From Campylobacterales bacterium (GTDB lineage: Bacteria; Campylobacterota; Campylobacteria; Campylobacterales; Sulfurimonadaceae), in assembly GCA_038205935.1 (NCBI GenBank), contig JBBRBK010000015.1, positions 1 to 34,808 on the forward strand: a stretch of 34,808 nucleotides of DNA, read 5' to 3'. Under the pieces are notes generated by a model that searched no databases, was not told the DNA's origin, and saw only the letters and a program-made list of their open reading frames with translations. A program made the position numbers and the translations under genes. Positions 28,574 to 34,808 of this stretch are shown here, in pieces. Numbering within the stretch: position 1 is the stretch's first letter; each line of letters starts with the position of its first letter.

Positions 28574-30196
28574 ATGAATCTGCTTTCAAAAACTGCGCCA
28601 TTAGAAGAGTCGATACAAAAAATGAGAGCTGTTCTAACGGATGTCGGATGTGAAGTGATGTTTCAAGAGCAGTTGCATCCTCTTACTCATTGTTATTCAG
28701 TAAATCTGACTTCTGCAGAGGCTCCTCGTCATATCTATTCTAATGGAAAAGGGATTCAAGCAGACGCTTCTGTGGCAAGCGCTTTGGGTGAATACATAGA
28801 AAGACTTCAAACAAATAACTTTTTTATAGATTTTTATCTTCCAAAGAGAACACAGTATCCCGATGAAGTTGCGTTTGATTTTAGTGAGGATTATATTGAG
28901 GAAGAGCTTTTAGAACTTTATGATCCAAATGGAGAATTGAGTGGTGAAGATCTCGTTGATTTTAACAGTGACTATACAGATAAGATTCTTTGTCTCCCTT
29001 TTATAAAAAATTCTACTCAAGAGAAAGTGTATATTCCGCAAAATATTTTGAGCAATCTTTATGTAAGCAACGGTTTAGCGACTGGAAATAGCCCAAAAGA
29101 GGCTCAAGTTCAAGCTCTTAGTGAGATTTATGAGCGCTATGCAAAGTTAGACATTATAAAAAATGGCTATGCACTTCCAAGTTTTCCCGATGAGCTAATT
29201 CAAAGTTTTGAGAAACTTCAGAGTGATGTTCAAGCACTTCGTGATCTTGGTTATATAATAGAAGTTTTAGATGCCTCGATGGGTGGACAATTTCCTGTGA
29301 CGGCTATCTCGCTGATAAACCCAAAAAACTCCTCACTTTTTGTCTCTTTTGGCGCGCATCCTATTTTGCAAGTCTCACTAGAGCGAACGATGACAGAACT
29401 GATGCAAGGGCGCACTCTTAATGGTTTAGATAGTTTTGAGACACCAACTTTTGATATGAGCCGAGTTGAGAGCAGTTTTAATCTTGAGTCCCATTTTGTA
29501 GATTCAAATGGCAAACTTGGATTTGGATTTTTGAGTTCTAAAAAAAGTTTTGAGTATGCTGAGTGGAGATATAGCGGCGATGGCTGTGAAGATGAGTATA
29601 ACTATCTTTTAAGTATCTTGGAAGAGTTGGATAAAGAGCTTTATATACGAGAGTATGATTATCTTGGATTTTACTCTTGTCAGATGGTTATTCCCGGAGT
29701 TTCAGAAGTGTACCCGATGGAAGATCTCATATACAACAATAAAAACAGCGGAAAACTTATACGTCATATGGTTTTAGATATGAATGTGAATGATGCAGAA
29801 AATATCCTTGATGCGATAGAATCGCTGGATGATTCCTTACATGTAGACAAATATATAGGCGTTATCTTTGAGCATAGTTTTACTATGGCCGAGCTCAAAG
29901 CGCAGATGTATCTGATGCTAGGCAACACTCAAGAGGCTCTTGAAATTCTTGCGTATAGTGAAAACAAGATTGGGCAAATTCTTGCAGAACTTATCACAAT
30001 GGAGAATGAGGGAGTTAACTACGAAGAGTATAGTGAAGCTTTAAAAAACGTTTTTGGTAAAGAGAATCTACAAAAAGCTTTACATGTAAGAGATAAAAAA
30101 GAGTTGCTTGTTGATACGACTCTACATAATGAGTATAAACAGATGTTAAAGTTATATGACAAACTTGAGATTAAAAAGCAAAATATCAGACTCTAG
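28574..30196 (+). CDS. ycaO: YcaO family protein (E. coli YcaO-like)
   Basis: SNGKG, ASALGEYIERL, SNGLATGN, QALSEIYER, SFGAHP, LERTMTELMQGR and PGVSEVYP. Confidence 0.9.
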   Translation: MNLLSKTAPLEESIQKMRAVLTDVGCEVMFQEQLHPLTHCYSVNLTSAEAPRHIYSNGKGIQADASVASALGEYIERLQTNNFFIDFYLPKRTQYPDEVAFDFSEDYIEEELLELYDPNGELSGEDLVDFNSDYTDKILCLPFIKNSTQEKVYIPQNILSNLYVSNGLATGNSPKEAQVQALSEIYERYAKLDIIKNGYALPSFPDELIQSFEKLQSDVQALRDLGYIIEVLDASMGGQFPVTAISLINPKNSSLFVSFGAHPILQVSLERTMTELMQGRTLNGLDSFETPTFDMSRVESSFNLESHFVDSNGKLGFGFLSSKKSFEYAEWRYSGDGCEDEYNYLLSILEELDKELYIREYDYLGFYSCQMVIPGVSEVYPMEDLIYNNKNSGKLIRHMVLDMNVNDAENILDAIESLDDSLHVDKYIGVIFEHSFTMAELKAQMYLMLGNTQEALEILAYSENKIGQILAELITMENEGVNYEEYSEALKNVFGKENLQKALHVRDKKELLVDTTLHNEYKQMLKLYDKLEIKKQNIRL

Positions 30197-30219
30197 CCAT
30201 ATAAATATATGCCTAGAGT
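30190..30219. terminator. Hairpin between convergent ycaO and MCP genes
   Basis: ACTCTAG-C-CATATA / TATATG-C-CTAGAGT, with one mismatch. Confidence 0.55.
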
Positions 30220-30233
30220 GCTTGTTTTAAAAT

Positions 30234-31658
30234 TTAAGAAAGCTCATCGATCATACGTTCAGCTAACGTAAAAAGCTCTTCACTCGCCTCTTCCATCGCA
30301 ATGAAATCTTTTATGATTATATCTTTGTTTACAAGGCAAGTATCTTCGCCTTCGACGCATTTAACAGCTTCTATAACATTGTTATGAACGATAGCATGTG
30401 GTTTGTCCATCGCTTTATAGCTTGATGTGTGACCAAAGAGTTTTTTGCCATCATCTGCATACCATTTACCTAAACGACAATTATGATGATCGCCGAAAGT
30501 CCCTACTTTTCTACCGAGATTGATAGAGGTATATGCATTGGTTTTAAAGAGAATATGATCGATCATAATAAGATTGACAAAAATTCTGCTTTGAATTCCT
30601 CGAATATCTTTATCAATACTCTCATTTGTATCGCGAAGTTGAGACATACTTTCACTAAATGTACTCATGAGATCACTAAATTCATGGACAACATCACGCA
30701 TGGATTCCGCACTCGAACTCATCTCCATACTCTCTTGTTGTAAGACTTGAACTGTTGCTTTTATCTCTTGCGTTGCTTTTTGAGTTCTCTCGGCTAGTTT
30801 TCTGACTTCATCTGCAACGACGGCAAATCCTCGTCCATGTTCACCTGCGCGCGCAGCTTCGATAGCGGCATTGAGAGCCAATAGATTTGTTTGGTCTGAA
30901 ATATCGCTGATAAGATTGATGACCTCAGTGATCTCTTTTGCTCTATTTTCAAGTGCTTGAGTGGAGTTTGCATTCGCGTCGAGCAGCTCATTAAGACCTA
31001 AGAGCTTTTCTCCTACATCTTGAGATTCTTGCGCTCTTTGGATACTCATTTGTGTAGAGGCTTGCACTACTTCGGATATCTTTCCAAGTCTTTGGGCATT
31101 TGAACCAAAGCTTACTTCTAGAGATTGAAGCTGTTCATTATTTTTATTGATACTGCTGAGGTCTGAGTTTAACTGAACTCTCAGTTGCGCCATATAGCTT
31201 TCTTTCATTGCCTGAATACTGAGATTGACTTTTTCTCCCGCTTGAGCAAAAGCCGGAGTAAGACCTACACCATCAAACTTTCTAAAAAACTCATGTTCAC
31301 TTGCATATCCCACAGATGTTCCCATCTCGCGCATGAATGTTTCCATCTGATCGAGCAGATTGTTTACAAGATGACAGATGATTCCCGCATCTCCGCTATC
31401 TGTAATTTCCGTAGCACGCATCTCTAAGTTACCCTTCGCTGCTTCTTTTAAAACGTCTATCGATTTGCTCATACAGCGTCGTAAACCTGCAGCATAACTA
31501 TTAAATAAGAAAGCGGCACCGATGAAGATGATAAGCATAATAGTGTTTACGATACTAAAACCACTCACGAAAAAATCAGCGACATAACCTACTGCATAAA
31601 TGGCAATAAGCGTGTATCCTAAAAATAATACTTTAGATAGATAAGATGAATTGGTCAT
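30234..31658 (-). CDS. Methyl-accepting chemotaxis protein with a C-terminal CZB zinc-binding domain
   Basis: Two N-terminal TMs with almost no periplasmic loop, [38 protein letters not shown], then DHILFK...[10 protein letters not shown]...PHAIVH. Confidence 0.93.
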   Translation of the reverse strand: MTNSSYLSKVLFLGYTLIAIYAVGYVADFFVSGFSIVNTIMLIIFIGAAFLFNSYAAGLRRCMSKSIDVLKEAAKGNLEMRATEITDSGDAGIICHLVNNLLDQMETFMREMGTSVGYASEHEFFRKFDGVGLTPAFAQAGEKVNLSIQAMKESYMAQLRVQLNSDLSSINKNNEQLQSLEVSFGSNAQRLGKISEVVQASTQMSIQRAQESQDVGEKLLGLNELLDANANSTQALENRAKEITEVINLISDISDQTNLLALNAAIEAARAGEHGRGFAVVADEVRKLAERTQKATQEIKATVQVLQQESMEMSSSAESMRDVVHEFSDLMSTFSESMSQLRDTNESIDKDIRGIQSRIFVNLIMIDHILFKTNAYTSINLGRKVGTFGDHHNCRLGKWYADDGKKLFGHTSSYKAMDKPHAIVHNNVIEAVKCVEGEDTCLVNKDIIIKDFIAMEEASEELFTLAERMIDELS

Positions 31659-32115
31659 AACGTCCTCCTGCTAAAAGCTCATTAATCATTTGCTGTGAAG
31701 CTTCTATTCCGCCACTTTTTTCTGCAGAGAGAAGTTTTTGGTAGAGAGGTTTAATGATACTAAGCGCATGATCTGTTGGTTTTCTTCGTACAGAGTAGTA
31801 TCCGACAACTTTTCCGTTACTGTCGTATGACGGAGTTACATTCGCTAAAACCCAGTAGTAATCATTATTTTTTGATCTGTTTACAACATACGCATAAATC
31901 TCTTTGCCATTTTTTATATACTCCCATAAGAGTTTAAAAATAATACGAGGCATATCTGGATGTCTTACGATATTGTGAGGTTTATGTAGGATCTCTTTTT
32001 CATCATATCCGGCCAACTTTAAGAACAGGTCATTTCCATAAGTGATCTTGCCACTTGTATCCGTTTTAGAAACGATAATCTCAGATTCCAAAAATTTTAT
32101 TTCCGCCATATCCAC
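31633..32115 (-). CDS. Stand-alone Aer/CetB-type PAS protein
   Basis: [37 protein letters not shown] and YYSVRRKP. Confidence 0.9.
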   Translation of the reverse strand: MDMAEIKFLESEIIVSKTDTSGKITYGNDLFLKLAGYDEKEILHKPHNIVRHPDMPRIIFKLLWEYIKNGKEIYAYVVNRSKNNDYYWVLANVTPSYDSNGKVVGYYSVRRKPTDHALSIIKPLYQKLLSAEKSGGIEASQQMINELLAGGRYDQFILSI

Positions 32116-32223
32116 ACCCTCCCAGTTGACACTTTTAATTTGTTTATTTTCGTCAAAAAATATCTATAAGTTTAAACAAACATTATGTTAAAATGATGTC
32201 AATATTATTAATCTTTACTTAAA

Positions 32224-32910
32224 GTGGCTTACATGTACACAATTTTTTTTAATAAATCTGTCCTAATAGTAGAAGACGACAAAGTAAGTAATGAAAATTT
32301 GAGCTATATGTTTCAGAAGTTTTTTAAAAAAGTAGTGAGTTGTTTTGATGGCAAAGAAGCATATGAAACTTACCTTACATGTAAGCCTGATATTATTATT
32401 ACTGATATTGAGATGCCAGAGATAAATGGTTTGGCTTTAGTGGAAAAGATTCGTCAAAAAGATATTCATACGCCTATAGTGATTATGACTTCCTTTACTC
32501 ATCAACACTATTTGATGCAGGCTATAAATCTTCAACTACTTTCTTATTTAGTAAAACCAATTACCAAAACGAATTTTCAAGTCCTTTTACAAACAGTTCA
32601 AAAACATTTTGAAACGACTATACCAGAGCTCTTTTATTTTTCCTCGACAAGTTATTATGATTATTTGAATAAGATCATTGTCAATGATCTAGTAAAGATA
32701 GCGCTTACATATAAGGAGATAGTTTTGTTGGAAGAGTTTATAAAAAATAAAAATACCACCCTCCGTACACAATTCTTAGAAGATATCCTTGGGTATGAAA
32801 ATGTAGATAACTCCAATGCCCTCAAGTTACTACTTAGCCGTTTACGTAAAAAAATACCTCATGGTTGTATCCAAACAGTTTATGGACAAGGGTATAGACT
32901 TGAACACTAA
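32224..32910 (+). CDS. OmpR-family response regulator; start may be the ATG at 32233
   Basis: VLIVEDD, TDIEMP, YLVKP and winged-helix RLRKK...QTVYGQGYRL. Confidence 0.92.
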   Translation: MAYMYTIFFNKSVLIVEDDKVSNENLSYMFQKFFKKVVSCFDGKEAYETYLTCKPDIIITDIEMPEINGLALVEKIRQKDIHTPIVIMTSFTHQHYLMQAINLQLLSYLVKPITKTNFQVLLQTVQKHFETTIPELFYFSSTSYYDYLNKIIVNDLVKIALTYKEIVLLEEFIKNKNTTLRTQFLEDILGYENVDNSNALKLLLSRLRKKIPHGCIQTVYGQGYRLEH

Positions 32911-34030
32911 AATAAATGACTCTTATGAAAATATCCTACTCAACTATACTTCTGATAAGATAGCATTTATTAATCATACATATACATACCTATCCGTAAA
33001 TCAGGCGTATTTAGATACATTTCAAAAATCAAAAAATGAGGTTGTGGGTAAAAAAATATGGGAGATGCTTGGCGAAGAAGTATTCCAGAAATTAAAAAAG
33101 TATTTTGATAAAGCACTTCTTGGAGAGAGTGTTACTTATAATGAGTGGTTTGAACTTCCAGATGGAAGATACTTTTTAAAAGTTATCTATAAGCCTTATT
33201 TTGTAGATGAAAAAATTAAAGGTGTTGTATCGACAGTTACTGATATCACAGAGATAAAACTTTTAAAAATAGAGAATAAAAAACAATATCGCCTTCTTTT
33301 GGAAAAATCAAAAATGGCGAAACTAGGCAGTATGATAGCCTTTATTACACATCAAATACGTCAACCGTTGAACTCTCTTTCTACATCTTTTATGAAGATG
33401 GAAAGACTTCTTGATGAAAAAGAGTATGAGGTATTACCCAAAATGCTTGATGTAAATGAGCAAGTGATTACACATTTGGCAAAAACACTTGATGGCGTAT
33501 CTGAGTATTATGATCATAGCGGTAAGATAAAAGAGGTAAAAATAAAATATCTTATCGAAAGTACTCTTTTAATACTCAAAAGTGCAATGATGGAAAAAGA
33601 TATTTATGTTGAGCTCTTCTGTGATGAGAATCTTAGTGTTGAAACTATAAAGAGTGAGTTTATCCATATATTGAGCATTCTTTTAACAAATGCTTGTGAA
33701 GCATCTCAAACTAGTTTACTTTCAGAAGGAACTTCACACCCGCGGGGCACTTCGCATGTAAGGGAGAAAAAAATAACTATCAAAGCATCGCAAAATGAAG
33801 ATCATGTGTATGTAAGAGTCTATGATATGGGCGAAGGTGTTGATGAGAAAATTTTGCCTTTTCTTTTTAAACCAGGGAACACAACAAAACAGGGAGTAGG
33901 ACACGGATATGGTCTTTACTTTGCTAAACAGATTGTAGAGGACTCTTTGCATGGAACAATCGAATATTTTGCCGATGCAAAAGAACGCTATTTTCAGATA
34001 TCTTTACAAAAACAATTTCATCAACATTAG
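32900..34030 (+). CDS. Cytoplasmic PAS-domain sensor histidine kinase
   Basis: PAS (SVNQAY...VTDITE), H-box ITHQIRQP, N-box LTNACEA, DMGEG and GHGYGL; likely TTG start at 32900. Confidence 0.9.
   Translation: MNTKINDSYENILLNYTSDKIAFINHTYTYLSVNQAYLDTFQKSKNEVVGKKIWEMLGEEVFQKLKKYFDKALLGESVTYNEWFELPDGRYFLKVIYKPYFVDEKIKGVVSTVTDITEIKLLKIENKKQYRLLLEKSKMAKLGSMIAFITHQIRQPLNSLSTSFMKMERLLDEKEYEVLPKMLDVNEQVITHLAKTLDGVSEYYDHSGKIKEVKIKYLIESTLLILKSAMMEKDIYVELFCDENLSVETIKSEFIHILSILLTNACEASQTSLLSEGTSHPRGTSHVREKKITIKASQNEDHVYVRVYDMGEGVDEKILPFLFKPGNTTKQGVGHGYGLYFAKQIVEDSLHGTIEYFADAKERYFQISLQKQFHQH
33721..33756 (+). repeat. Two tandem 18-bp units in the kinase: degenerate TTCAGAAGGAACTTCACA, then CCCGCGGGGCACTTCGCA
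   Basis: The region encodes SEGTSH-PRGTSH. The second unit is 16/18 identical to the asnB unit; the first is 11/18 identical, including the last 8 nt. Confidence 0.7.
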
Positions 34031-34097
34031 TGGTATATGCTACACTATTGCTTTGTTTCATAGATACAATATTTTAAAATCGACATAAGGAAGAAAG

Positions 34098-34436
34098 ATG
34101 CTTATCGAAATATTTATAGACTATATCCGTAATCGTAAAGATTTACGAGAGTACGTAGTAAAACGAAAAACAATACAAGAACGTGGCGAGTTTAATGATG
34201 CAACTTTGATTCAGGTACAAGAAAATCTTGAGAGATTAAGCGTTGAAAATCCTGATATTTATGAAAAGATGTATCAAGTATTGGAAACTGTCTTTGAAAA
34301 TGATGCAGGGCAGAGAGTTGATTATTCTCTTAATTTTGCTCGCCAAATGTTCAAAATGTTTAAAAATAAAACACCCGAGGATATTTATAAGGAATACAAG
34401 GCAGTGTTGAAACATAAATATCAAACACTAGGCTAG
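34098..34436 (+). CDS. Hypothetical protein
   Basis: 112-aa ORF with a TAAGGA RBS; no motif recognised. Confidence 0.7.
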   Translation: MLIEIFIDYIRNRKDLREYVVKRKTIQERGEFNDATLIQVQENLERLSVENPDIYEKMYQVLETVFENDAGQRVDYSLNFARQMFKMFKNKTPEDIYKEYKAVLKHKYQTLG

Positions 34437-34504
34437 AAAAAAAGCTTGTATTCTTGATTTTATTGTAGTATATGCTTATAAATAACTCTACAAAAGGATA
34501 CAAA

Positions 34505-34808
34505 ATGATCAAACAAATTCTAACGGTAACTGCTTTTAGCACACTTCTTGGAACAACACTCTTAGCAGACGGTGTACAATTTTTACCAGCAATGAATAGC
34601 TCTTATACACCTTCATTTGCTGTTGCTGCCCTTGGTGGTTACCAAAAAACAGATTCACTTGATGGAACAGGTGCATACGGTATTGAGCTCTCTTTGACAT
34701 GTCCACTTTTACAGATCCCTAATCATACAATCAGACAACAAGTAAGTCTTGTTCATACAGATTCAAATGGTGTAGCGACAAATTCTGTGGAATTGAATCC
34801 TCATGTTT
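34505..34808 (+). CDS. Exported protein, probably an outer-membrane beta-barrel; truncated by the window edge
   Basis: AAGGA RBS; MIKQILTVTAFSTLLGTTLLA signal peptide, then AVAALGGY...AYGIELSL; open to the edge. Confidence 0.7.
   Translation, partial: MIKQILTVTAFSTLLGTTLLADGVQFLPAMNSSYTPSFAVAALGGYQKTDSLDGTGAYGIELSLTCPLLQIPNHTIRQQVSLVHTDSNGVATNSVELNPHV

Noticed and set aside
28574..30196. YcaO as the core of a RiPP biosynthetic cluster
   Set aside because: No precursor peptide, E1/TfuA partner, dehydrogenase or transporter lies nearby. It resembles the stand-alone E. coli-type YcaO.
1..34808. CRISPR array, rRNA, tRNA, transposase, integrase or prophage
   Set aside because: No regularly spaced repeats, RNA-gene signatures or recombinase motifs were seen. 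Any enzyme that mobilises the 18-bp unit is not evident in this window.

Overview
A chromosomal window of an AT-rich Campylobacterota chemolithotroph; the gene content suggests a Sulfurimonas-like organism. It carries the 5' part of alaS, c-di-GMP and chemotaxis signalling genes (EAL-HDOD, two tandem stand-alone GAF proteins, a fragmented FIST-PAS-GGDEF-EAL pseudogene, an intact TM-GAF-PAS-GGDEF-EAL gene, a PAS + MCP-CZB pair and a two-component pair), a methyltransferase-asnB pair, a soxCDYZ-soxW-MOSC sulfur-oxidation cluster, a probable RelE/ParE-type toxin-antitoxin pair, moaC/mobA, an OmpA protein, leuC, a cold-shock protein and ycaO. The most striking signal is not a gene. The palindrome (C/T)TTACATGTAA(G) is heavily over-represented: I counted 16 exact TACATGTA by eye, in genes and between them. 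An 18-bp GC-rich unit, CCCGYGGGGCACTTCRCA, sits in frame in two unrelated genes (asnB and the histidine kinase). In both genes it lies exactly at the dyad centre of a near-match to that palindrome, and the kinase appears to hold two units in tandem. This looks like a highly iterated palindrome plus a very small element that targets it.
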